From positions 320,001-384,000 of the forward strand of contig CAWFDF010000012.1 in NCBI GenBank assembly GCA_963814585.1: a stretch of 64,000 nucleotides of DNA, written 5' to 3'. The stretch is from an uncultured delta proteobacterium. GTDB lineage: Bacteria; Myxococcota; Myxococcia; Myxococcales; Anaeromyxobacteraceae. Every line of letters starts with the position of its first letter. Within the stretch, counting starts at the first letter, position 1. This document shows, piece by piece, positions 25,569 to 34,984 of this stretch. The position numbers were made by a program, and so were the translations under genes. A model generated the notes under the pieces. It did no database searches. It was given only the letters and a program-made list of their open reading frames with translations, and was not told where the DNA came from.

Positions 25569-26306
25569 CTACGGGGCCTTCTTCACCTCGACCGCGGGCG
25601 GGACATAGTCCGCCGCCGTCAGGGCGATCTCGATGCGCCGGTTCTGGCTCCGATTCTCCGGCGAGTCGTTGGGGACCACCGGCCGGTACTGCGAGAAGCC
25701 GGCCACGCCGAGCATCTTCGGGTCGAGCCCCTTGCCCTGGAGGTACCGGACCACGGCCGTGGATCGCGCCGCGGAGAGGTCCCAGTTGTCCTTGAAGGCG
25801 CCCTGCTTGCCCACCGGGACGTCGTCGGTGTAGCCGGCCACGATCACGTTCTTGCCCTGCAGCTCCTTGAAGGCATCGGCCACGGCGTCGAGCGCCACCT
25901 TGCCGTCCTTGCCGAGGCTGGCCGACCCCGAGGCGAAGAGGATCTTGTCCTTCAGCTTCACCGTCATCTTGCCGCGCAGCTCGGAGATCTCCACCTGCCC
26001 GGCCTGGATCTGCCCCTTGAGCGACATCGCCAGCTGCTCGTACTGCTGGCTCTTGGCCTGCAGCGCCGACGCCTTGGCCTCGGCCTGATCCTTCTCGCCC
26101 CGGATCGCCGCGGTCTCGGCCTGGCTGGTCTTCAGCTTGCCCTCGAGGTCCGCGACCTTGGCCTCGAGTGCCGCGGCCTTGCCGGTCTCGTCGGTGAGGG
26201 CCTGCTGGTACTTGAGCGCCTCGGCCTCCTTGGCCGAGTACTTCTCCTTGCTGATCCCACAGCCTGCCACGGCGACGGCGAGCACGACGACGGCGATGCG
26301 ACGCAT
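25569..26306 (-). CDS. OmpA/MotB-family peptidoglycan-binding lipoprotein with coiled coil
   Basis: Lipobox VAGC; ILFASGSA, GYTDD, NWDLSAAR, NRRIEI. Confidence 0.9.
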   Translation of the reverse strand: MRRIAVVVLAVAVAGCGISKEKYSAKEAEALKYQQALTDETGKAAALEAKVADLEGKLKTSQAETAAIRGEKDQAEAKASALQAKSQQYEQLAMSLKGQIQAGQVEISELRGKMTVKLKDKILFASGSASLGKDGKVALDAVADAFKELQGKNVIVAGYTDDVPVGKQGAFKDNWDLSAARSTAVVRYLQGKGLDPKMLGVAGFSQYRPVVPNDSPENRSQNRRIEIALTAADYVPPAVEVKKAP

Positions 26307-26473
26307 GTGACCTCCCGGTGGCCCGCAGCCGGGCCGGTTCAGCGTGGACTCGAAGCGCGAGGATGCTGGCACGAGTCACCGGCCGAACACCAGAGCGCCA
26401 GAGGGCCCGGCGAGGTTGGTCCGGGATGGCGAACCCGTCCGGTCACCCGACCTGGCGCCGGGAGGAGCGCCCG

Positions 26474-26523
26474 GCCGCTTCGAGGAAGTCCTCGATGCGA
26501 AGGCGCCACTTCCTAGGTGGCAC
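26474..26523 (-). repeat. Direct-repeat copy of the hepT 5' end (46/50 identical to 28067-28116)
   Basis: gccgcttcgagga-a/t-gtcctcgatgcgaaggcg-nnnnnn-cctaggtggcac at both sites; encodes MPPRKWRLRIEDFLEAA. Confidence 0.92.
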
Positions 26524-26678
26524 CCTAGCGGGCGCTTCAGCGGGAGCCCGAAGAAGGCGCACGAAACCGGGCGAATGGGGGCGGCCTGTTGCCACGTTGT
26601 TCCTCCCCGGCCTTGTGCCTAGCGTGTTGGCGCGGTTCGGCTGCTTGAGCGTTGCTCGCATGCGGCTGTGAGGTCACC

Positions 26679-27653
26679 ATGAAGTCGGCGCGCGGACGCT
26701 GGTTCCTTGCGGTGCGGTCGGCTTCGGCCCTGCTCCTCTCCATGGCCATCGGCTGCGGGGGCGGCGGCGGTGACCCGGCGGGTGATCCGGTGATCGATTG
26801 CACCCCGCTGCTCAGCAACGGCCCGCAGGCCGTCATGGCAGGCACGGTCGACTCCGGGGAGTACCCCTGGGTCGCCGCGCTCGTCTTCCGTGCTTCTGCG
26901 AGCGGACCATGGGTGACTCGCTGCTCGGGGTCGCTCGTCGCTCCCGACCTGGTCCTGACGGCCGCGCACTGCGGCGTCTACTACTCCGGGCTTCCCGCCG
27001 GGCGCGTCGGGGTGACCTTCGACACCGTCCTCGGCGCGAGCTCGCCCGTGGTCACGGGGACCTTCATCGCGCATCCAGACTTCGCGCTCGACAAGACCCG
27101 CGACTTCGCCGTCGTGAGGCTCGACCAGCCGGTCAGCGGGATCACGCCCGCGACCGTGGCGCCACCCAACCTCCTCCAGGTCTTGAAGGACGGTGGCAGG
27201 CTCGTCGGCGCCCACTTCGAGGCCGTCGGCTACGGGATCGACGCGGTCACGGCGCGCGATCATTCCTGCGGGCAGGTGGTGGACTGGACGGGCAGCGGCA
27301 CCCGGCGCATCGCCAGCGGCGCCTACGTCTCCCTCTCGACGGCCCAGCTCCTCATCGACATGAGCGCGGCCCAGGGCCACGGAGGGAGCTGTTACGGGGA
27401 CTCCGGCGGTCCGCACGTGTTCCCTGGCACCGCCATCGTCGTCAGCAACACGCAGGGCGGCGACGACTGGTGCCTGATGACCGACGACACCATCCGTGTG
27501 GACACCTCCGTGGTGCAGTCCTTCGTCGGCCAGTACGCCACGCTGCCGCAGGACGTGCCGATGTGCCGGCCCGGCGTGGGTGCGCTGCGGGTCCCCGTCG
27601 CCGACGTCCTCGTCGCACTGGACGCGGGCGCGACGTTCGGCGACTGCCCGTAG
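26679..27653 (+). CDS. Trypsin-like (S1) serine protease, predicted lipoprotein
   Basis: CSGSLV..VLTAAHC, DFAVVRL, CYGDSGGP triad motifs; signal peptide ending MAIGC. Confidence 0.92.
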   Translation: MKSARGRWFLAVRSASALLLSMAIGCGGGGGDPAGDPVIDCTPLLSNGPQAVMAGTVDSGEYPWVAALVFRASASGPWVTRCSGSLVAPDLVLTAAHCGVYYSGLPAGRVGVTFDTVLGASSPVVTGTFIAHPDFALDKTRDFAVVRLDQPVSGITPATVAPPNLLQVLKDGGRLVGAHFEAVGYGIDAVTARDHSCGQVVDWTGSGTRRIASGAYVSLSTAQLLIDMSAAQGHGGSCYGDSGGPHVFPGTAIVVSNTQGGDDWCLMTDDTIRVDTSVVQSFVGQYATLPQDVPMCRPGVGALRVPVADVLVALDAGATFGDCP

Positions 27654-27688
27654 GACGTTGGTTTGTGTCGCCTCTGCAGGCCAATACG

Positions 27689-27775
27689 CTGCAAGGTGAG
27701 GCCGCGCGGCTTGAGGTACTCCTCCAGCAGCAACTCGCCGGGAGGGGTCGGGGTGCGGTTCTTGGGCCCTCGCAT
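27689..27775 (-). pseudogene. Truncated HigA-family antitoxin (N-terminal fragment)
   Basis: MRGPKNRTPTPPGELLLEEYLKPRGLT matches the HigA start (P-T-H-P-G-E-x-L-x-E-E-F-L-K-P); similarity is lost before the HTH. Confidence 0.7.
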
Positions 27776-28116
27776 CACTTGTCGGCGAGCAGCTTCTGGA
27801 GGCTCTCGACCAGCGGCGGCAAATCTTCCCGCGCCGTCTTCCAGAGCGTCTCGTTCGTCACGCCGAAGTACTCGTGGACGACGACGTTCCGCATGGCGCG
27901 CATCTCGGCCCAGGGGACCTCCGGGTGGGCCGCCATGACCTCCTTGGGCACGTGCGTCACGGCTTCGCCGATGATTCCGAAGCAGCGGGACACGGCGTCG
28001 AGCGTGAGGTCGTCCGAGATGAACGCGGCGACATCCTTGCCTTCGACGTAGCGATCGACGCGACCTGCCGCTTCGAGGATGTCCTCGATGCGAAGGCGTC
28101 AGTCCCTAGGTGGCAC
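27775..28116 (-). pseudogene. HepT-like (DUF86/HEPN) RNase toxin with TGA at codon 6
   Basis: GTG at 28116 reads MPPRD*RLRIEDILEA...IIGEA...PEVPW...MRNVVVHEY (RX4H motif); 113 codons. Confidence 0.85.
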
Positions 28117-28396
28117 GAACGGCCTCGGCGAAGATCCGGTCTCGCAGCTGCCGCTTCACGGCGTCACGCATGACCAGGTCGACCCTGGAGCCGAGGATCT
28201 CCTCGATCCGGTGCTGCACGCGGAAGAAGTGGAAGAGGCCGATGGGCTTGTCGAACTCGACGAGCAGGTCGACGTCGCTGTCCGGGCCAGACTCTCCGCG
28301 AGCGACCGAACCGAACAGGTCGAGCGAGCGCACGCCCAGGCCGGCGAGCTCGGCTCGCGCTCCGGCAAGACGCTGAAGGACCTGATCGCGGGTCAT
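28106..28396 (-). CDS. MntA-like minimal nucleotidyltransferase antitoxin
   Basis: LFGSVARGESGPDSDVDLLV (GS-X10-DXD), VDLV; 96 aa; overlaps hepT. Confidence 0.92.
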   Translation of the reverse strand: MTRDQVLQRLAGARAELAGLGVRSLDLFGSVARGESGPDSDVDLLVEFDKPIGLFHFFRVQHRIEEILGSRVDLVMRDAVKRQLRDRIFAEAVRAT

Positions 28397-28455
28397 GAGC
28401 GGATTCTAGGCCCTGCCACCGACGGTGACCAGCGGGCCTCCTCGGCTGGTGAACC

Positions 28456-28473
28456 AGTCCAAACGTTTGGACT
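28456..28473. promoter_or_regulatory. 18-bp perfect palindrome, candidate TA operator
   Basis: AGTCCAAACGTTTGGACT, 60 bp upstream of the mntA start. Confidence 0.55.
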
Positions 28474-28525
28474 TCTCCCGGCCACCTCGCCCGGGCCGCA
28501 GGCGCCGGGCACTCCAGCCCCCGCC

Positions 28526-28562
28526 AAGAAGAAACCCCCGGCCACCTTTCGGCGACCGGGGG
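28526..28562 (-). terminator. Rho-independent terminator after tRNA-Gly
   Basis: CCCCCGGTCGCC-GAAA-GGTGGCCGGGGG then TTTCTTCTT on the minus strand. Confidence 0.85.
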
Positions 28563-28567
28563 CGAAC

Positions 28568-28642
28568 TGGAGCGGGAAAACGGATTTGAACCGTCGACCC
28601 TCGCCTTGGCAAGGCGATGCTCTACCGCTGAGCTATTCCCGC
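28568..28642 (-). tRNA. tRNA-Gly (GCC)
   Basis: GCGGGAATAGCTCAGCGGTAGAGCATCGCCTTGCCAAGGCGAGGGTCGACGGTTCAAATCCGTTTTCCCGCTCCA: cloverleaf with encoded CCA, downstream of pgsA. Confidence 0.98.
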
Positions 28643-28678
28643 AAGAAGAATCGCGAAGCTCCGGTCGCGAGGAGGCGT

Positions 28679-28708
28679 TTTATAGAGGGGTGCCGCCGGA
28701 GGTGTCAA
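28679..28708 (-). promoter_or_regulatory. Sigma70-type promoter of tRNA-Gly
   Basis: TTGACA-N18-TATAAA on the minus strand. Confidence 0.7.
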
Positions 28709-29310
28709 GGCCCCTGGCCCGGCCGGTAGACCGCCTTCAGGAAGTCGGCGAAGTAGGTCCACGCCGACCAGATCGAGAAGACCAGGGAGAGGTAGAGGAG
28801 CGCGGTCCCGACCTTGTTGGAGTCGTACTCGAAGGACGTGAAGCCGAAGTCGATGGGGTAGGCGTAGTGGAGCAGGAGGAAGGTGATCCCGGCGATCTGG
28901 AAGATGGTCTTGGTCTTCCCCTCCTGGCCGGCGGCGATGACGATCCCCTCGCTCATGGCGATGGTGCGCAGGCCGCTGACGATGAACTCCCGCGCCATGA
29001 CCAGGATCACCACCCAGGCCGCCACCCGCCCCAGGTGGACCAGCATCACCAGCGCCGCCATCACCACCAGCTTGTCGGCCAGGGGATCGAGGAACTTGCC
29101 GATCACCGTCACCAGCCCGCGCTGCCGCGCCACCCAGCCGTCGAGGAAGTCGGTGGCCCCGGTGATGGCGAAGAGCATCGCGGCGATGAAGCTGGCCCGG
29201 CGCGACTCGTAGTAGGTGAACCAGAGGATCACCGGGATCATCGCCATCCGGACCAGGGTGATGGCGTTGGGGAGGTTGAGGGCCTCCTCCCGCAGCGAGC
29301 GGGCGCTCAC
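28705..29310 (-). CDS. pgsA: CDP-diacylglycerol--glycerol-3-phosphate 3-phosphatidyltransferase
   Basis: NLPNAIT, TDFLDGWVAR, GKFLDPLADK, REFIVSGLR. Confidence 0.96.
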   Translation of the reverse strand: MSARSLREEALNLPNAITLVRMAMIPVILWFTYYESRRASFIAAMLFAITGATDFLDGWVARQRGLVTVIGKFLDPLADKLVVMAALVMLVHLGRVAAWVVILVMAREFIVSGLRTIAMSEGIVIAAGQEGKTKTIFQIAGITFLLLHYAYPIDFGFTSFEYDSNKVGTALLYLSLVFSIWSAWTYFADFLKAVYRPGQGP

Positions 29311-30646
29311 GTCGCTTCCCCGGCGCGCCCGGTGGGGCCGGGATCGACCAGCACCCGCCCCTCGCCGCTGATCTCCACCGCCTCGCCGGCGGCCCCGCCG
29401 CCGAACAGCGGCGCGATCCGCGGCGACAGGGCGCCGGTCCAGCCCACCAGCGAGGCCAGCGGCACGTGGACCGGCGAGTAGGGCGTCACCTCCACCGCCA
29501 CCAGCTCGCCGCGGGTGACCAGCACCAGGCAGCCGCGGCCCTTCAGGTGGACCAGGTCGAGCCCCCCGACGCCGAGGGCAGCCGGCCGTTCTCGAACGCC
29601 ACCTGCTCCTGGAAGCCGAAGACCACCGCCTCGCGGAAGTAGCCGGCCTCGCCGCCCAGCTCGAGGACGGTGAAGCGGCGGCCGGCGGCGCGCAGCACCA
29701 CCAGGCCGTCGCCGGCCAGGCGGTGCATCTGCTCGGGCGGGAGGCCGAAGGGCTTGTCGGTGGACTGGCCGCGGAACCGCTTCACCTCGCCGGCGAAGGC
29801 CAGCTCGCCGCGCCAGGCGGCCAGCCCGGCCAGCCGGCACAGCAGCTCGCCGTGGACGTTCACGGTGAGGTTGGCCCCGTCGGCGACGAAGGCCTGCCCG
29901 GCCGGTCCGTGGACGGCGCGCGCCGCGGCGAAGCCCGCCAGCGTCGGCAGGCCGGCCGCCTCGGGTGGGCGGGGCGAGGCCGGGAGCTGCGCCAGGGTCG
30001 GCGGCGGGCCGGACGGCGCCGCCGGGGCGTCGGCCGGCTCGAAGGTCACGGCGGGATCCGCCACGGGCGCCGTCACCGGCGCCGCCACCGCCGCGAGCGG
30101 CGGCTCCATGGCCGGACCGGCCGGCGCCTCGGCGGCCGGCTCGGCGGCCCGGAGCTCGGGCCGGAACTCGGCCGGCGCCCTCAGCAGGTCGTCGCAGCGG
30201 GCCACCATGGCCTCGCTGCCGGCCCGCAGGAAGCACTCGCGCGCCTGCGCCGGCTGGCCCACCTCGAGCCAGGCCAGCCCGAGGTAGCCGGCCGCCTTGC
30301 GGTGCTCGGGGTTGAGGTCGAGCGCGATGCGGAGCTGCTTGATCGCCTCCTCGTACTGGCGCGCCTTCATCCAGGCCAGGCCGAGGTTGACGCGCGCGCC
30401 CGGCTCCACCGGGTTGTCGTCCACCAGCCGCTGCCAGGCGATGGCGGCGTCGTCGTAGCGGGCCAGCCGGTAGAAGACCTGCCCGAGCAGCCCGAGCACC
30501 TTCGGGTCGCGCGAGCGGATGGCCAGGGCGTCCTCCAGCGCCTCGCGGGCCGGCTCGAGGTCGCCGCGCGCCGAGGCCTCCTCGCCCCGCGCCAGCAGCC
30601 GCTGGAACTCCTCCTCGAGGGCGGCACCGGCGCCGTCGTTGGCCAT
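29307..30646 (-). CDS. TPR + AIM24-like domain protein (apparent 1-nt deletion near 29562-29573)
   Basis: N-terminal TPRs, Pro/Ala linker, then beta-rich region (YFREAVVFGF..FENGRL); continues in the other frame as LDLVHLKGRG...LVGWTG. Confidence 0.7.
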
Positions 30647-30650
30647 GGCG

Positions 30651-31289
30651 CTACCGCCCTGCCTTGTAGGCCTGGTAGAGCGCGACCACCTTGCGGACGT
30701 ACTCCTGGGTCTCGGGGATGTTCGGCACCGCGTCGCCGGCCCGGCGAACGGCCTCGGGCCCGGCGTTGTAGGCGGCCAGCGTCCGGACCATGTCGCCGGC
30801 GTACTGGTTGGCCAGCAGCCGCAGGTAGCGCGAGCCGCCCTCGATGTTCTGGGCCGGATCCCAGGCGTCGGAGACGTAGAGGTCCCGGGCGGTGGCCGGC
30901 ATCAGCTGCATCAGCCCCATCGCCCCCTTGTCGGAGAGGGCGCGGGGATCGAAGTTGGACTCGACCGCCATGACCGCGAGGATGAGCGCCTCGGGCAGCG
31001 CGTACTTGGCCGAGGCGGCGCGGACGTGGTCGAGGTAGGGGCCGGGCCGGCCGGCGGCCGGCAGCTGGCGACCCTGCGGCGCGCCACCCTGGGACGACGT
31101 GCTCCGGTAGAGGCCGCCGACGTCCCGGGTGCGCCGGACCTGGCGATACCGCGGATCGGAGGGTGCGTTGGTGAAGTGGATGACGCCGTCGGGGTCGACG
31201 AACGAGTAGACCTCGCCGGCTCCCGCCGCGGGCGGCGCGGCGACGAGGGCGAGCGTCAAGACCTGGGCGATGGAGGAGGGCCACCCCAT
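30651..31289 (-). CDS. Lytic transglycosylase (DUF4124 + SLT domain)
   Basis: DPDGVIHFTN; AVESNF, GAMGLMQLMP, AYNAG, ETQEYV. Confidence 0.93.
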   Translation of the reverse strand: MGWPSSIAQVLTLALVAAPPAAGAGEVYSFVDPDGVIHFTNAPSDPRYRQVRRTRDVGGLYRSTSSQGGAPQGRQLPAAGRPGPYLDHVRAASAKYALPEALILAVMAVESNFDPRALSDKGAMGLMQLMPATARDLYVSDAWDPAQNIEGGSRYLRLLANQYAGDMVRTLAAYNAGPEAVRRAGDAVPNIPETQEYVRKVVALYQAYKAGR

Positions 31290-31360
31290 GATCCCGGAAC
31301 GTAGCAGGGCCGGCCCGGCCCGGACAACTTTCCCAACCCGCCCCGTGCTAGATCTGCGGC

Positions 31361-32975
31361 ATGAGCGCGCTCCCCCCCCGCGAGCACGTCGACTTCCTGG
31401 TCCTGGGCGGCGGCGTCGCCGGCCTCAGCTTCGCCCTCGAGGTCGCCGGCCACGGCTCGGTGCTGGTCCTCACCAAGCGGCAACGGTCGGAGGGCTCCAC
31501 CCAGTACGCGCAGGGGGGCATCGCCAGCGTCCTCGGGCTCGACGACCAGTTCGAGCTGCACGTCGAGGACACGCTGGTGGCGGGCGCCGGCCTGTGCAAC
31601 CGCGAGGCCGTCGAGGTGACGGTGCGGGAGGGGCCGGAGCGGATCCGCTGGCTCCTCTCGCTGGGCGTCGAGTTCGACCACGACGGCGCCGGCCTCCACC
31701 TCACCCGCGAGGGGGGCCACTCGCGCCGCCGCATCGCCCACGCCAAGGACGCCACCGGCCGCGAGGTGGAGCGGGCCCTGCTGGCCGCCTGCGACGCCCG
31801 GGGCGTCCGCATCGTCGAGGACGCCGTGGCGGTCGATCTCGTCACCAGCGGCAAGCTGGGGCTGGGCGGCCCCAACCGCGCGGTGGGCGCCTACGTCCTC
31901 TCCCGCGCCAGCGGGGCCATCTCCACCATCTCGGCGGGGGTCACGGTGCTGGCCACCGGCGGCGCCGGCAAGGTCTACCTCTACACCACCAGCCCGGACG
32001 TCGGGACCGGCGACGGCGTGGCCATGGCGTGGCGGGCCGGAGCGGCCATCGCCAACATGGAGTTCTTCCAGTTCCACCCCACCGCGCTCTTCCACCCCCA
32101 GGCCAAGAGCTTCCTCATCTCCGAGGCGCTGCGCGGCGAGGGCGGCATCCTGCGCAACGCCGCCGGCGAGGCCTTCATGGCCCGCTACGACCCGCGCAAG
32201 GAGCTGGCCCCGCGCGACATCGTGGCCCGCTCCATCGACGCCGAGATCAAGCGGCGCGGCGACGACTGCGCCTTCCTCGACATGACGCACCTGCCCAAGG
32301 CGTTCCTGCTCGAGCACTTCCCCTACATCCACGCCACCATCAAGGAGTTCGGCGTGGACATGACGGTGCAGCCCATCCCGGTGGTGCCGGCCGCCCACTA
32401 CATGTGCGGCGGCGTGGTCACCGACCTCATGGGCCGCACCTCGCTGCCCGGGGCTCTTCGCCATCGGCGAGGTCTCCTGCACCGGCCTGCACGGCGCCAA
32501 CCGGCTGGCCTCCAACTCGCTGCTGGAGGGGCTGGTCTTCGGGCGTCGCGCCGCCCTGCGTGCCACCGACGCCCTCTCCGACGCCGGCGGCCAGGCGCCG
32601 GCCATCCCGGACTGGAACCCGGGCGACGCGCTGGAGCCCGACGAGGGCGTGGTGGTGGCGCACAACTGGGACGAGGTGCGCCGCACCATGTGGAACTACG
32701 TGGGCATCGTCCGCACCCAGAAGCGGCTGGAGCGGGCCCGCACCCGCATCGCCAACCTGCGCGCCGAGATCCGCGACTACTACTGGAAGTACCAGGTGAC
32801 CCCCGACCTGGTGGAGCTGCGCAACCTGGCCGACGTGGCCATGCTCATCGTCGAGTGCGCGCGCCGCCGCAAGGAGTCGCGCGGGCTGCACTACGTGCTC
32901 GACTACCCCGCCACCGACGAGCGCCAGCGCCGCGACACGGTGATGACGCTGGGTGACGTCGAGGCGTCGCGCTGA
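31361..32975 (+). CDS. nadB: L-aspartate oxidase (apparent 1-nt insertion at 32447-32453)
   Basis: [46 protein letters not shown]; second frame has [13 protein letters not shown] and ESRGLHY. Confidence 0.93.
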
Positions 32976-33006
32976 CCGGCGGCCGGCCGCGCCGGACCTC
33001 CGGGCG

Positions 33007-33636
33007 TTACGGTGGGAGCCGCGGCGGGAGGGTCCGCTGGCCGGCCGGGCCGAAGTCGAGCACCAGCGCGCCGAGGCCGCTGCCGATGAGGAGCTTGAAC
33101 GGCCGCCCCTGGAGCGGCGCCCCGGTCCACGCGAAGCGCACCCGGTAGACCACGTCGAAGGGACCGACGTAGGGGAAGAGCTGCCGGACGGTGGCGTCGG
33201 TGTGGTAGGGCGTGATCTCCACGGCCGGTTCCCGGGCCTGGCCGTCGTCGAGCTCGAGGTGCCAGACGCTGCGGGGCGCGTCGAGATCGTTGGCGCGCCG
33301 ATCGGCGGTGTAGAGGGCGACCACGAACTCCTCGCCGCGGGCCCCGTCGGCCCGGCCCCTGGCCACCGCGCGCTCGGTCTCGGCCAGGTTCCTCGCCTCC
33401 CACTCGGCCTGCCGCCGCACCCCCGCCTCCCGCACCACGGGCGAGAGCCAGGTGGCCGAGGCGCTGGCCCGGTGGACGAAGCCGTCGTAGAGCTCGGCCC
33501 GTCGGGAGGCGTCGTCGCGCAGCCGGCCCCAGTCCCCGGAGTCGGTGCCCGGATCTGGGTTGCGCTGGAGCGGCACGCCGGAGGCGCACCCCCCGGCGAG
33601 CAGGGCCAGCGCGGCCACGGCGGCGAGGCGGATCAT
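33007..33636 (-). CDS. Hypothetical lipoprotein
   Basis: MIRLAAVAALALLAGGC lipobox; overlaps the pyrE stop. Confidence 0.78.
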   Translation of the reverse strand: MIRLAAVAALALLAGGCASGVPLQRNPDPGTDSGDWGRLRDDASRRAELYDGFVHRASASATWLSPVVREAGVRRQAEWEARNLAETERAVARGRADGARGEEFVVALYTADRRANDLDAPRSVWHLELDDGQAREPAVEITPYHTDATVRQLFPYVGPFDVVYRVRFAWTGAPLQGRPFKLLIGSGLGALVLDFGPAGQRTLPPRLPP

Positions 33637-34193
33637 GGCAGGAAGTCCTTGCGGGTGAAGAGCGTCCGGAGCGGCACCCCGGTGGCCTCGATGGCCTCGC
33701 GGCCACCCTCCAGCCGGTCGACCAGCGCCAGGCAGGACACCACCTCGAGCCGCTCGGCGCGGCAGCGCTCGATGGCCTTGAGCGCCGAGCCCCCGGTGGT
33801 CACCACGTCCTCGATCACGATGACCCGGCTGCCGTCGGGGATGGTCTTCCGCCCCTCGATCCACTGGCCGGTGCCGTGCCCCTTCGGCTCCTTGCGGACG
33901 ATGAAGGCGTCGACCGGGTGGCCCTCGAGGAAGCTGGTGAGGGCGATGGCGCTGGCGATGGGGTCGGCGCCGAGCGTCAGCCCCCCCACGCCACGCACCA
34001 GCGGCTGCACGCGCAGCACCTCGGCCAGCAGGCAGCGGCCGACGAGGACGTGACCCTCGGCGGTGAGCGCGGTTCGCTTGCAGTCGATGTAGAAGTCGCT
34101 CTCCTTCCCGGAGGCGAGGATCACCTGGCGCCGCTCGAAGGAGAGCTGGCGGAGCAGCTCGAGCAGGCGGGCGCGGTCGGTCGGGATGCTCAT
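33633..34193 (-). CDS. pyrE: Orotate phosphoribosyltransferase
   Basis: LASGKESDFYID, VRKEPKGHG, IEDVVTTGGS. Confidence 0.95.
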   Translation of the reverse strand: MSIPTDRARLLELLRQLSFERRQVILASGKESDFYIDCKRTALTAEGHVLVGRCLLAEVLRVQPLVRGVGGLTLGADPIASAIALTSFLEGHPVDAFIVRKEPKGHGTGQWIEGRKTIPDGSRVIVIEDVVTTGGSALKAIERCRAERLEVVSCLALVDRLEGGREAIEATGVPLRTLFTRKDFLP

Positions 34194-34972
34194 CGGCGGG
34201 CTCCGGCGAGGAAGGCGTGCAGCTCGGCGAGGTAGCGGAGCTGCTCGAGGATCTGGCGGCGCCCATCTTCGGGCAGGTCGGACCAGGCGTCCACGGCGAG
34301 GTCGAGGTCCTGACCCACCGACCAGAGGCCGCTGGCCACCGCCTCGGCCAGCTGCTCCCCGGTGACCTCCTCGGGCCCCTCGTCGGCGGCGGCGGCGCCG
34401 GCCGCGTCCTGCGCGGAGGCGTCGGGCGCCTCGGGCTGCGGCGCCGCTGCCGGCGCGCCCTGCAGGAAGCCGAGGAACCGCTCGCGCAGCTCCGGCGCCA
34501 CGGGGGCCCGGACCAGCGCCTCGTCCACCAGCTCCTCGGCCCACGGGGCCATGCGGCCGGCGGCCAGGCGGTCGCGCAGCGCGCCCAGCTCGGCGGGCGA
34601 GAGCGGCTCGCCCAGCAGCGCCTGCGCCAGCGCCATCGACCAGGCGTCGTCGTCGTCGAGCACGGCGTGGACGCGGGCCAGCACGCGGCCGCGGGCCAGC
34701 AGCCTGACGGCCGCCAGCCGGCGGAAGCCGGCCACCACCTGGTAGCGGGGGCCGCTGGCCTCGGCCGGGCCGGAGCCCGGCGCGCCGGCCGGGAGCGGAC
34801 GGAGCTCGACCGGGCTGAGCTGGCCGAGCCGGGCCATCGAGCCGGCCAGCGCCGAGACGTCCCCCTCCGCCCTCAGGCGGAAGGTGGCGTCGGCGGAGAG
34901 GGCCGAGAGCGGGACGAGCTCGACGACGCCCGTGGCGTGCGCCGGTGCCGTGGTGCGCGCGACGAGCTCCAC
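34190..34972 (-). CDS. ParB-like (ParB/Srx) protein, PadC-like
   Basis: GQLSPVELR, YQVVAGFRRLAA; no HTH evident; directly after the bactofilin genes. Confidence 0.8.
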   Translation of the reverse strand: MELVARTTAPAHATGVVELVPLSALSADATFRLRAEGDVSALAGSMARLGQLSPVELRPLPAGAPGSGPAEASGPRYQVVAGFRRLAAVRLLARGRVLARVHAVLDDDDAWSMALAQALLGEPLSPAELGALRDRLAAGRMAPWAEELVDEALVRAPVAPELRERFLGFLQGAPAAAPQPEAPDASAQDAAGAAAADEGPEEVTGEQLAEAVASGLWSVGQDLDLAVDAWSDLPEDGRRQILEQLRYLAELHAFLAGARR

Positions 34973-34984
34973 CGCGCTCCGATC

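Noticed and set aside
28099..28101. TGA in hepT as selenocysteine or programmed readthrough
   Set aside because: The duplicate copy has Trp (TGG), not Cys, at this position and no SECIS-like hairpin is evident. A nonsense mutation is simpler.
26307..28567. Integrative element with att sites at tRNA-Gly
   Set aside because: No integrase and no duplicated tRNA 3' end found, so it is reported only as a decaying islet.
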